A stretch of 64,000 bases of DNA from Chiloscyllium plagiosum (taxonomy: Eukaryota): the NCBI RefSeq assembly GCF_004010195.1, contig NC_057712.1, positions 85,392,886-85,456,885 of the forward strand, written 5' to 3'. Positions within the stretch are counted from its first letter, which is position 1, and every line of letters begins with the position of its first letter. Positions 48,901-61,560 of this stretch are shown here, piece after piece. The translations under genes were made by a program, and so were the position numbers. The notes under the pieces are model-generated. The model was given only the letters and a program-made list of their open reading frames with translations. It ran no database searches and was not told where the DNA came from.

Positions 48901-51683
48901 TGATGAGGATATCACCGTCATTCATTCAGCTTCAATCTCAGCCTGGATACCAACCTGATGAAAGTGCCACAGCAGCAGAGTGATCAACACATTGCATCAA
49001 AAAGGGAGTGCATTCTGCACTCAAACTGTTCCCATCCCAGACTCACATTCATCATGAAATGTATCATTGAATTCTGTGGAGTCCTTCACAGTGCATGAAG
49101 TGATCATCTCCACACCCCACAGCACCCTTGCAGGCGTCACACGGTATGGGCTCCTTTTGGCTAACACTTGCCTCCTTTTAAATCATTGCTTCTGCATCAC
49201 TGAGATACTGCCAGTGTTCCATTTGCAAATACCAATGGCACTCTATATATGTTGCAGATGGATGATGGAATGATTGCATGTTAGATATACCGGTGGTTTG
49301 CAAGCATACGCTTCATAGATTTGCCCCTTCATTGTTCTCACATCCAGTAGACATGGATCCTGTGTTTTTGGCCTTCAAATTGACACTGACGCCACCCACA
49401 CTAGGCATTGTCCCAGCAATTTTCCACTTGTAGCTATTGTCTAGCGAATGACAAGTGATTACAGAGAATGCTGCTCACGATCGAGACCAGCAGCATTGCG
49501 ATCTCCTTCTCCAGAGCCTCCATGCCCCCGTTTTACCCCACATGACAGCCCATTTCCACCCATCTCCCTCCATGTGGAGACACACCACATTGGGCTTTGC
49601 CTCCAACTTTATTCCCTGTTGCTGGGAAGCAGCATTAACCCAGCAGCATTAACCCAATCTGATTTTCCAAACTCCCCCTATGCAACCCATGTTGGTGGTC
49701 ACTGCCAATAAACTCCCTTCCAAAACCTACTGTACTTTCTGAGGCCATTCTGCATAACCCCCCTCTTGACTTTAATTTTTAATTTTCCCCTGTCATTGTC
49801 CTTGTCTCCACATTAGCACAATCCTCTACTCCCACCTTTGTCATGACATCTCCAGCACTGTTGACAATGAGCCCCACTTCGACCTTTCAGTCGCTCCTTG
49901 CATCTTTCTCATTGGTGCACACGGAATTTTATTCACCCAGACTTCTGACAGGCTTCAACACACAGCCCATAGACTTTACTGGCCAGACCCCTGATCACTT
50001 CCTTTATAATCCCCGAATGACAATATGTGATTCCTCTCATTGCTTGTGATAGTCATACACGACTGACCATTGCCCACTCCCTGGACTGTGGTCAGACAGG
50101 TCCACTGACTGTGACCAGCCTGAATGGGTGACTGACCATGGACAAGCCCCTGGCATTTACACACAATCCTGGGCACTTTCTTTCCTTAACTGGACTGAGG
50201 TCTAGCCCCCCGACTTTCTCACATGGCCATTTATTTAAATAAATGCGCAGAGTATTTGCCTTGCAGGCAGCAGGCTATGCTTTAAGTGTTAGGTTGATGT
50301 GTCAATGTGCCACACAGCAAGATGTGCACACTCATCCACCCCCCAAAACTAGACAGATGCCTACTGACGTGCATGACTGGCATCCTACACAATCTACACA
50401 AAAGAGCATGTCAATACAGCAGGGCTGATATTGGCTCTGGCTGAAGTGCCAATGTGCTAACTAGCATGGCATTGCATGTAATGTCAAGGCAAGACATAGA
50501 TTTGAGTTTGCAGGTAAGCACTAAGTGATCAAGTGCAAAAAAGAGAAAGTGAGCAGGCCTCAAACGCTGCCTTTTCCAACCCATGAATCGGGTGCTTGTC
50601 CTTGCACACAGGAAGTGTCCTTGCAGCACCTTTCAATATGAGCTGCCAATGCATTCTGAAATGGTTAGGTCTGAAGTTCCTAACCATTTTGCAAGTGGAC
50701 TGAAAAGGTTTTATGAGAATCCTGAGAGGTTGCAATTATTAGATGCCAGTCTCCATGAATGAGGGGTGTGTGTGTGTGTGGCTGGTACCAATGGATCATG
50801 TCCTGAGAAGTTGCTATGTGGCAACCAACATGGAGGCTCTTGTCAGCCAAACAGCAAGCTGAAGTTGCCAGCTACCTGCTCGAACTTACATGTTGAGAAT
50901 TCTTGGCATCTACTTTGCTCACAATCAGTGGTAGAATAGGAAGCTGCATATTAATGAGGCAAAATCTGCATTTAACAAGTTAATTAACAAGCAAAAATCT
51001 CCCTGAATGGAGAACTGACTCCTACCGTGCAAAAATCTCACCTCAAACTCTGAAAGTCAGTTAAAAGATGTAGTGAGTTTTCCTGAGCATCAACTTGGGC
51101 CCTGTTAGATTTCTCATATGATCCTTCCACAATTCTTGCCTTTCCCCCACGCTGTTCTAAGATTCTACCCTCCACTCTTGAGTTCAACCTACCTGAGGGC
51201 TTAATCATCCAGAAAGATATTGGCAGCTTGGAGTAAAATTTATTGCTCACCCAAAATTGAAATTAGTCTCCTGAGATGCTGCATACGTTAGTCAGTAGAC
51301 TTTACAATAAGTGCGTTAATCTTAAAGTACTGTGTCTACTATGTTGTACATTCCTGGGGCTTCACATCTAGAGCTTTCTGAGGCTTGTCTCCAGTTCTAT
51401 GGGGCAGTCATTGTGACCACTATGTAGTAATATTGGGTCTACATTCACGTGAATGAACATTAACAGTCTTTATTGAACGTAACTATTTCCAAGGGCTTTA
51501 TTATGTACATTCAATTTTCTTTACCGTAGCTCTGATAATATGCGACATTTTATTTTGGTGTTCCTGCAGTCGCTTGGTTGCTTTATCTCACATAACTGCA
51601 CCCTTTAATGTTGTATTCTTTTCAGATCTGAGAAATATATATCTTAACTTTTAACTCCTATTTTCCAGATCACTTATACATAT

Positions 51684-52742
51684 AGAGTCATAGAGATGTA
51701 TGCATGGAAACGGACCCTTTGGTCCAACCTGTCCATGCCGACCAGATATCCCAACCCAATCTAGTACCACCTGCCAGCACGCGGCCCATATCCCTCCAAA
51801 CCCTTCCTATTCATATACCCATCCAATTGCCTCTTAAATGTTGCAATCGTACCAGCCTCACCACTTCCTCTGGCAGCTCATTCCCATACCTGTGCCACCC
51901 TCTGTGTGAAAAAGTTGCCCCTTAGGTCTCTTTTATATCTTTCCCCTCTCACCCTAAACCTATGCCCTCTAATAGTGGACTCCCCGACTCCAGGGAAAAA
52001 GACTTTGCCTATTTACCCTATCCATGCCCCTCATGATTTTGTAAATCTCTATAAGGTCACTCCGCAACCTCCAACACTGCAGGGAAAACAGCCCCAGCCT
52101 GTTCAGCCTCTCCCCATAGCTCAACTCCTCCAACCCTGGCAACATGCTTGTAAATCTTCTCTGAGCCCTTTCAAGTTTCACAACATCTTTCCGATCAGAA
52201 GGAGACCAGAATTGCACGCAATATTCCAACAGTGGTCTAACCAATGTCCTGTACAGCCGCAACATGACCGCCCAACTCCTGCCCTCAATACTCTGACCAA
52301 TAAAGGAAAGCATACCAAATGCCTTCTTCACTATTCTATCTACCTCCAACTCCACTTTCAAGGAGCTATGGATCTGCACTCCAAGGTCTCTTTGTTCAGC
52401 AGCACTCCCTAGGACCTTACCATTAAGTGTATAAGTCCTGCTAAGATTTGCTTTCCCAAAATGCAGCACCACGCATTTATCAGAATTAAACTCCATCTGC
52501 CAGTTTTCAGCCCATTGGCCCATCTGGTCAAGATCCTGTTATAATCTGAGGTAACCCTTTTCACTGTCCACTACACCTCCAATTTTAGTATCATCTGCAA
52601 ACTTACTAACTGTACCTCTTATGCTCACATCCAAATCATTTATGTAAATGACAAAAAGTAGAGGACCCAGCACCAATCCTTGTGGCACTCCAATGGTCAC
52701 AGGCCTCCAGTTTGAAAAATAACCCTCCACCACCACCCTCTG
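51684..52742 (-). mobile_element. Young CR1-type (HER1-like) LINE, 5'-truncated
   Basis: ORFs 52539..52736 (GVPQGLVLGPLLFVIYINDLD...SKFADDTKIGG) and 51969..52523; tail (tagagtca)n. Confidence 0.95.
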
Positions 52743-53941
52743 ACAGGCACTGATTTTTAGGACATGTCATTTCATAATTCTCTTTCGTCTAAAATCAGTT
52801 CTCCTAAGTGTGTATTATTTTCTGTCTTTCAGCCAGATTTTTATACTACTGCAAGTTTTATGAGGAATACCTATTGCCTGAAATCAGTGTGGGAGTTTTC
52901 AGTGTATCATTTTACCAAAGATTTTCTGAAAATCTAATCATGTAACATTTCAGGACTTTCAACTATCTGCGGAAACTGTTCTTTCCTTCAAAATATCCAT
53001 CAAATATGTAATTTGTCAGAGAGAAGTTATTTGCAGCAAAATTCCCAGGCTCTGACTTGCTCTTGTAACCACAGCTTTGATCTGGTTAGCCGAGTTCAGT
53101 TTCTGGTTATTGGTTGGTTGATGTTGATGGTTCAGAAATCTACAACAATAATCCCTTTTAATATCAAGGGTGTGATGGGTAGGCTTCCTGCTGTTGGAGA
53201 TGGTCTTTATCCAATATGGGAATGTGTTAATATTTCTAGTTGACTTATCAACACAAGCCTGAATATTGTTTGTGTCTTGTTGCATGTGAGCTTATACTGC
53301 TTTATCATATGTGAAGTTGCTGATGGTGAGGAATAGTGCAATCATCATCATCCACAAACATCCCCATCTCTGAAATTATGATGGACAAGAGTCATTGGTG
53401 ATGCAATTAAAGATGGTTGGGCTAAAGATATGATCTTGATGAATACTTGCAGATATGTCCTAGAGCTAAGATGTTTGGGCTCCAAAAACCACAACATTCT
53501 TCCCTTGTGCTAGTTATTGCTCTAACCAGTGGAGAGATTCCCCTTGAATTCCATTAATTTCAATTTAACTAAGACTCCTTGATGTCATGCTTGATCTAAT
53601 GTGGCTTTAATGTCAAAGGCATTCATATTCCCCTCACCTCTGGTGTCCATCTCTGGTTCATGTTTGGACCAAAGCTGTAACTTGGTCTGGACCCCAGTGT
53701 CCCTGATCCAAGTTGAGTATTCATGAGCATCGAGTGGTGTGTCGATGATACCTTCTATCATTTTGCTGACAATTGACAGTATACTGATAGGAGATAGTGA
53801 ATGATGTGCTGGGTCTTTGGGGCTATAGATTGTGGAACTGGATACAATCTACTGGCACTGATGGCTGACTGTACCTCATGGAATTTCAGCTTGAAGCTAC
53901 TGTATCGCTCTCAAATAACAGAATGAGAGGATCACATAACA

Positions 53942-54349
53942 AGGAGAAAGTGAGGTCTGCAGATGCTGGAGATCAAAGTTGAAACTTTATTGCTGGAACA
54001 GCGCAGCAGGTCAGGCAGCATCCAGGGAACAGGAGATTCGACGTTTCGGGCACAGGCCCTTCTTCAGGAATGAGCAGAGAGTGTTCAGCAGGAGAAGATA
54101 AAAGATAGGGAGGAGGGACTTGGAGGAGGGGCGTTGGAAATGTGATAGGTGGAAAGAGGTCAAGGTGAGGGTGATAGGTCGGAGTAGGATGGAGGCGGAG
54201 AGGTCAAGAAGAAGACTGCAGGTCAGGAAGGCGGTGCCGGGCTGGAGGGATTCGGCTGAGACAAGGTGGGGGGAGGGGGGATGAAGAAACTGGTGAAGTC
54301 CAAGTTCATCCCCTGTGGTTGGAGGGTTCCCAGTCGGAAGATAAGACGC
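53942..54349 (-). mobile_element. Young 5'-truncated Penelope-like (Neptune-type) insertion with 10-bp TSD
   Basis: TSD tcacataaca (53932-53941 and 54350-54359); minus strand RLIFRLGTLQPQGMNLDFTSF (GIY-YIG C-terminus); CpG-rich. Confidence 0.9.
54036..54071 (-). ncRNA. Hammerhead ribozyme motif (minimal type I), intact
   Basis: Minus strand ATTC CTGAAGA A GGGC ctgt GCCC GAAA C GTC GAAT: stem I ATTC/GAAT, stem II GGGC/GCCC, GUC cleavage triplet, palindromic ACGT stem III. Confidence 0.82.
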
Positions 54350-55789
54350 TCACATAACATAATCTGTGTCCTCAGTTTGAGGATGTAGCTCCATTTCCAC
54401 AAACACTGTTAGTTCATCATGAACAGCTGGATCAGAGACAGGTAGATTCATGAGTATGAAGTCAAAGGTATTTTCATCTTGTTGGTTTTCTCCCTACCTG
54501 TCACAATCCTAGCATTACAGATATACCCTTTAGTACACTGCCAGCTTGGTGTTATTGAGCACTCTAGGTGATTAATCTTAAAGTCCCCCACCCAGAATGC
54601 AGTTTATTCTTTTCTAAGTGATTGTCAAAACAGAAGACCATTCACTCATTGGCTTAAGAGAGAGCAGTCGATAGTGCAAAATGTTTTCTTGACTTATTTA
54701 ACTTAACAGCATTAAACTTCGTGGTGTCCAATGTCAATGTTGAGAATGCCAATGGTGACAGCCTTCAAACTGTATAGCATTGTGACACCATCTCGGGTGG
54801 TGCATGATCTGTCTGGTTTTATTCCAACTCAACGTTTTTACAGCCGTGAGGTTCAACTGAGTGACTTGCTTAGCCATTTCAACGAGCAGTTAAATTTGAT
54901 TTTAAACAAGCCAATAATAGCCATTAATGTCCTTTATTTATGGTTTTTGCTAATCAAATGGCAAAATTAAACATTAAATCTGTGAAATCCATGCGGAAGC
55001 AAAATGAGCTGATGATTATTGGTGATGATCAGTTTGGCAAGATTGTGTTTAGCTTGCATAGCGATCCTGGATATCAAGAGTGCTTTGTTCTGCCTCTTCG
55101 CAAACTAATGCTGCTTTCTCATGAAATTAAACAGGCAGTCATCTGTAGAAGACAAATGAAAAGAAGAATGTGTGACCATAAAAGACACCATGATGATTTT
55201 TTTTTCATAGTTCATTTGCTTTTGTGCCCTCCAGAGTTTGTAAAAAATGAAGACAAGATCCCAAGTGATGTTTGGATATCATTGACTCCAAAGAAAAATC
55301 AGATGACCCATTGATGTTTAATGACCCTTCACTGGCCCACACAACAGGAACTGGTGAGTTTCTCCACAAATGCAATATTAACGTTCGATAAATCTTTTTA
55401 AAAATTCTATTGTCTCCTATCCTTCGGAGCACGAACAATGTCTAGTTTATTTATAAATCATTGATCTCCCTTTTAAAATCTTCTTTTCGGCACTCCATGC
55501 AAAGGGTAGAAATATTCTGTTGCTTATTCTATCAGTTTTATGAAATATTATCTACTGAGTGACCTTTCTTCTTTTTTAACCTTATCAGTTTTTACAGTTT
55601 CCACTGATTATTCATGAACTGTAACATCTGAAAAGTCAAACAATATTCATTCAATATGGTGAGGTTGGCGGAATATGTGAAATTAGTTAACAGAAAATGG
55701 CAGCAAATCCAGAAGGCAGTGTCCTGAATCATTGAACTTCCTGCTGTGATTAAGAACACACTGTTTTCTCTGTTTCTACTGAAAAGAGT

Positions 55790-56190
55790 AGGCAAAGAAT
55801 AGTAGAATTATAGAAGAGGCTTTTAGGAAGGGGATTTTTTTAAAAAATGAAATGGGGAATAAGGATAAAATTGAAAATATGAATTTTTGAAAAATAGATT
55901 AAATGGAGAAGGAGGCTTAAATCAGGAACGTTCAAGATCAGGTAGCAAAAGAATAAAGGATTAAAATGTGAAACAAAGGGAGAAAGGAAGAGATAAATGG
56001 AGCAAGACTGGGAGAATAGAAAAATAAAGAAAATGAGGAGAGCTAAGAAAACATAAACCAATGAAAGGAAAGAGCGCTAAGAAGAAAATATAAACAGGAA
56101 TGTTATTATATTGAATCAGGATTGAACAGGTCAGAGTCTGTGAAAGACAGATTAAAGAGAGAGAAAAAAATGACAGAAAACAGAACAGCA
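55790..56190 (+). repeat. Purine-rich low-complexity tract
   Basis: Strongly A/G-biased sequence with no clear period. Confidence 0.7.
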
Positions 56191-56619
56191 AATTGCACAG
56201 TTTTTACTTGATAGCTATAGGGGGCAATACAACCTCAGTTATGGCACAGGATTTAAGTCTGTTCTTCGCCATATATAAGCTGGAAACATTACAGCTGTAT
56301 TAATGGGGGACTTTGAAATGCACATATTAACTTGTATTCTACCAGTGAAGTGTTGTATGACCCCTACCTGAGTGAAAAAAGGGACAGAATTTATTGCTTT
56401 TAATGAGAAAGACATGCAATAAAACATATTATAATAATGGCCGACTTCCATTATTTAAGATCTTTGTTATAATTTTGTTAAGGAGAACCATATTTTCGTT
56501 TTTATGACAAACCAAGGATGCAATAGTTTATTGGATTATATTTCATGTTTCATATTCAAGTATACCAACAAATTGCTACGTTAATGCCAAGCATATACAA
56601 TTTCAGCTTCACACCTCAG

Positions 56620-56860
56620 GCTCCTGTCCAATGTGATAGGAGGGGCTACATGTTGGCCCTTACTAATCTTAATTAGCGAGCTACAAGTTCTTAAAGGTGC
56701 TTCACTGGTTTTCTTGCAGCAGATTATCAGCTGGTTATAGCACTCAGCAGGCAGTGAGGGCCTTCCACCAGCCAGAGAAAGTGGATCTGGGGTGCTAGCC
56801 CCCATGTGTGATCTGTCCACTTCTCTATCCGATTTATAATTGGAGTCCTATAAAAGATAA
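56620..56860 (+). promoter_or_regulatory. Candidate promoter/enhancer with homeodomain, E-box and TATA motifs
   Basis: CCAAT, CTAATCTTAATTAG, AGATTA, CAGCTG, CTCAGCA and TATAAAAG clustered in apparently unique DNA; motif evidence only. Confidence 0.3.
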
Positions 56861-59800
56861 AGGACCCCAAAGAGCATATTTTCCTCTGCAGTTCACTCAT
56901 CGTTCGGGTGGGAAATGAACATCTGGAAGTTGAAGATCCATATCTTCACCCCATGATGTTGGAAGCTAATTGCAGTGAAAAAAAAACTAAACCTGACTGG
57001 TGTTTTATTCATAAAAGGTCTACTTCAGGATTAGTATTTCCTCTCCTTGGATGTACAATGATGGAATGCATTATACATTAAGTCCCATTTGATTGTATGA
57101 TTTGCACAATAATGGACAATAATGGTTCTTGGCACTCAAATCGAATTATTTTGGCATAATATGATGCCAAGATTTAAAATAGATCTGAGTATACCAAAAT
57201 CAAATGAGCATACAAATGAGAGTTGCACAGTATTTCAGTCTATAGATAAATTTGCCACATGTTTATTAAAATTATTTAATTCCTCGCTGGTTGGTTGCTG
57301 TAATTCACGGTGGCAGACATCTTTCTCTGCTAATCTATATGATTATCAGAAATTAAAAAGAAATAGAAATATATAGTTTGTGTGCAATCATCTGATGATG
57401 GGAAGAACTTTGGATACAGTTTTTCACCAAAATCTAACTTTTCTGTTCTATTTTGTGTATTTTCACCATTATTTGTCTTTACATCTGGATTTTCAATATT
57501 TGCAGTTCTCATTTTTCACTGTGTGATTTCCAGGGTGTAGAGATTAGACTATAACTCCTGTTCTAGTAAGGCACTGAATGCTATGCATGTACATATGAGA
57601 GGGTTAATTACAGTCAGAATTAATTTAACCCAGGTGAATCTGAATTCCAAAAACAGAATCTCTGACTCGATTAAAAATGCTTTATATATACAACACATGC
57701 AGAGTTAATATTCCTGTTAGATTATTAATTTTAAGCAAAGACTGGAGACTGAGTCCTCAAGATTTTTTTTATGGGGTAGACACTTGGCATTGTGTCATAA
57801 TATAAAAAATGTGATATTGAATTGGCAATCTGTTTTATATCTCTCTTGATTTTTGTGTGTATTGAATTAAGCAGAAATAAAGTTTGGACTAGATGCATAA
57901 TGTGTTGGGGTTAAGGTTAGCTTTATAACCCCTTTTCAAAGTAATGAACAAAGCTATAATCTTCCCTCGATCCTCTTCCCCACATAGATTATAGGGACAG
58001 GTTTTACAAATCGTCAGACAAACTACATAGCTTCAGGCAATCAGGATGTTCCGGGAAGTTTGAACACTGATACTGATATGCTCCATACCATTTTCCATTC
58101 ATTTCTACTCAAAAATGTTCGATTCATAGCAATTTTTTATTATAACTATGTACTTATTTTATAATAGGAAATTTGTCAGTATCATTCATAAACATTTGCC
58201 ATTGAATTAAAAGCATATTAACATCAGTTTCACCACACCCATACAAATAGTTGGACAAAACTAATATTGTTTACTTCATTCAAGGAAATAACCCATCTTT
58301 GCTTTGAAATGTTAATGGTAAAAAAATTGCCTCAGTCTCACTTTCATAATCTATATACTTATCTGAACGTCTTCTTCTGCTATTGCCTCAAACAGACACC
58401 AGCCTACGCAATGTCCTATATATACTCATTGAAGTGTAGCTTTTTGCTGAGGGTGTTTGATGACATTTCACAGTTTAGATTCAACCTCTGTTTTGCACCC
58501 TACAGTTTTCCTGCACTGCCTTACATGTGAAACCTAAAACCAAAGTTCACTTGAGTGGCTAAATAGCATTAAATCTAAAATAATCCCTAAACCAGATTCC
58601 AGATATTAGAAATGTCGTGCTTGTGGTCAGTATGTCTCAAGATTTGTTATTATTTAATAAAACTGAATTATCATGTAATGTTATCTGAAAAGTAACACCT
58701 AAACAGAATTCTCTGTAAAGAAGAAAGACCTACCTTTCAACGTGAGGATGGGAGGATATATCAGCATTACACTTCAAATCCTGAGCTACTGTGTTATATA
58801 GACATGCTACTTAAAGTGATAGCCAACATTTCTTGATAACTATCTTATTTATATTATTGATGAGCTTTTACTGGTAGAGAAAACAACAGCAGAAGGAAAA
58901 ACACAATAAGCCGAATGTTATGGTTTCTTAGCTAAGTCTGTATTGCATCAAGATTTTTGGACAGTATATTGCTGTGAGGCTCAGTGAGTTCACTTGCTCT
59001 ATCTTTCCAAATTTGCATACATAATGAGCTACCATGCCCCAGTGGCATCTCTCCTCTTCGATTTCCAAGGTCATCATATCATGTGCTGTTCCCATAACAA
59101 CTCACCACAGCGATATCCCAGCATTCACCAGCATGCCTTTTACCACACCATCATTAAAGGCTTGTTGTGCAGCCGGACAAGTATTGTCAATCTGGAGCAG
59201 TTCTACACAGTTCCCGACATGGCAGACGGGGGGGGGGGGGGGATGTCAGCATTCTGCTGTGTGGGAAGTTATCGACAAGTCTGCTGGATATATAGTGCAG
59301 AGCCAAGCATTCCACTTCCTTATTCCTAAGGCTACAAGGACAGGGCATGCCAGCTTAATCTTAGTTTGCAACAAGGTCAGTGCATTCTCAATCATCTGGA
59401 GGAACGTCCATTATTGTAGGAAAGTTTATGTCCTTTTCCACTCTGCCAGGACAAGGTTCACCATCTTCTCTCTGATGCCCCACCCTCGTTTTTTTTTCTG
59501 CTACTGTACCCACATCCTACCAAGGCTCATGCTCTAGCCTTCTCACCAAAGCCTGCAACATCTTTCCAATTTACTCTCATCTAACCCAGTCCCTGACACT
59601 ACAAACTCTGCTGCCAACTGCACTGCCCACTCACTCATTAACAGATGAGCCATGTATTTTCATCTCCCACAATATCTCCCCTTTCTCTTTCATTCCAAAA
59701 GGAAAACTGTCTCCAACAGAGCAGAAAGAGTCAAGATGGATGGTAGGCTGCCCATCATTCAACTCCTCACCTCTAATGAGGAGAGGACCTTGACTCTTAC

Positions 59801-60229
59801 CAACCCAGACAGGGTCTAGGCTGGTATTGGAGACCACCTTTGACTTGCTGTGCAGAGTCACCCAGTGAAAACCACCCTCGTTGAATGGGCTGACAACAAT
59901 GACAAGCTTCCTGAGTTTCTGTCTCCATTATACAGTGAAGCAAGATAGCAATACTGTGAGCCTCATATCTCTAGCTGTGGAGTGCAAAAAGGCGCAATAA
60001 GGTCATGCAAAGCCTAGAAACTGTGACCATCCAAGCAGGCACAGAGTGCACGAGCTGCTGTGAGAGTGAGCAGAGAGCCTAGAAATGTAGCCTGCCCATT
60101 CGAGGAGCTGGGTGCATTTCTCTGAGTGCAGAGTGACTTTGTAGCAGCATTATGTTGATAGTTACCTGTGTAGCGTTGAAATGTAAAACTGACCTGTAAC
60201 TGAATTGAAGGTGTACCATAAGACAGCTT

Positions 60230-61560
60230 TTGTCAAAGACACAGATAATCATATCCTCTTCCACCAACACCTCTTGCCTGTCTAATAGGGCTGCTTCCAT
60301 CTGGCTCCACTCTTATCTATCGAAAAGTGTGTCAGAGTGTCATTGCATTGCTTCCTCAGGTGTTCCAGAAAGAGCTGTTATTGGCCCCTCATACACCTCA
60401 TCTACATACTGTGCTTCAGCACCATCACCTGAAAACAAAGCAATAGTTTTCATATGTCTGCTGATGATGTCTAACTCCATCTCAACACAATCTCTCTTGA
60501 TTCCTCCTTTGTGTCTAAATGATCAAACTGTTAATCTCGCATCTAATGCTTGGTGAGCAGAGATTTCCTCCAGTTAAATAGTGGAAAGGTCAAAGTATTT
60601 GTTTTTGGTCGCCTGTTTGTAACAATGAATTCTTCTACCTTACAACTACCTGAGAGGAATGATATAATTGGCCTTGAGATGAACTTCCACCTTCAGATTC
60701 CTGTCTTAATTTTAACTATTTATTTTCACATCTGCAGTATTGCTCAATTCATATCTATATCATTTCATCTGCTGCTGGAACCCAAATTCTTGACTTTGTT
60801 ATCTCTAGACTGGGTGATTGTAATGTGTTTCTGGTAGTATCCAAACTTTTACCCTCTCTAAACATGAGGTCATCTAAATCTCTGCTGTCTAAGCCTTAAC
60901 CCGGAGCAACTTCCAAACCCTATCACCCCTCAGCTCACTGACCTATGTCACATCTTGGTTAAGCAACGTGTTGATGTTAAAATTCTTATTCCATGCTTTC
61001 AAACCTCAGCACTCTAGCTTTGACAAAATATGAGGTAGCAATTCATACCAGCTACAAAGGCTATTTGTTTCCAAGACTGTATCATAAATCTTTCCTCCCA
61101 AGGACAATTTCATAATGGAGCAAGCTGTCAAAGAAAATACACACAGCCTCACCATCAAAAAATCCTCAAGACCCACATTAAGATAATTTCCATTTATACA
61201 TTTTTATTAACAGGGCTACTGTGGTGATGGAATAAGCATTTTAGTTTGGGATGCTGACTCAAATAGAGGCAAAAGCAGCTTCATGGTCCTTCATAATATT
61301 CTGTACTCATCTAATTGTCTCCAATTCACCCCCAGTTTTAATTGATCTACATTGGTGGGCATGCCTTCAATTGTCTAAGCAGTACACCCTGAAATTCCCT
61401 TCCTGCATAACTCTACCATCATTTTCCCCCTTTAAGACACTAACCTATTATCTCCTTTCATAGTTTGGTGCCATATTGTCTTAGATATAATGTTCCTGGG
61501 AAGCACCTTGAAAATTCTTTTACAATAAAGACACTATATAAATATAAGTTGTTGTTGTCG
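60230..61560 (+). mobile_element. Old L2-clade LINE fragments (60230-61010 and 61290-61560)
   Basis: IWLHSYLS, SSGVPERAVIGP, HMSADD, SRDFLQLNSGK; tail ctatataaatataagttgttgttg. Confidence 0.75.

Larger units (their letters stand above)
42960..51170 (-). mobile_element. Decayed PIF/Harbinger-type DNA transposon relic(s) with nested insertions; boundaries approximate
   Basis: Myb/SANT-like remnant (45011-45178) and HARBI1-like DDE nuclease remnant (48250-48900). Possible terminus taagattctaccc at ~51170; no convincing left TIR. Confidence 0.55.
53010..54790 (-). mobile_element. Old CR1/L2-group LINE (APE and RT remnants), interrupted by the Penelope insertion
   Basis: Minus strand WVGDFKI (54579-54594, GDFN motif), AFDIKATLDQAWHQG, MQQDTNNIQA. 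Confidence 0.7.

Noticed and set aside
51969-52736. Apparently intact reverse transcriptase ORFs
   Set aside because: This is a 5'-truncated CR1 fragment with an internal stop; it is neither a host gene nor autonomous.
54940-55314. 124-aa plus-strand ORF
   Set aside because: No recognisable homology, and it runs through a poly-T, acceptor-like tract.
58960-60170. Possible further Harbinger-derived fragments (also 11130-11915, 15430-15960, 31030-31260, 32250-32600)
   Set aside because: Too degenerate to support by eye; needs RepeatMasker with a shark library.
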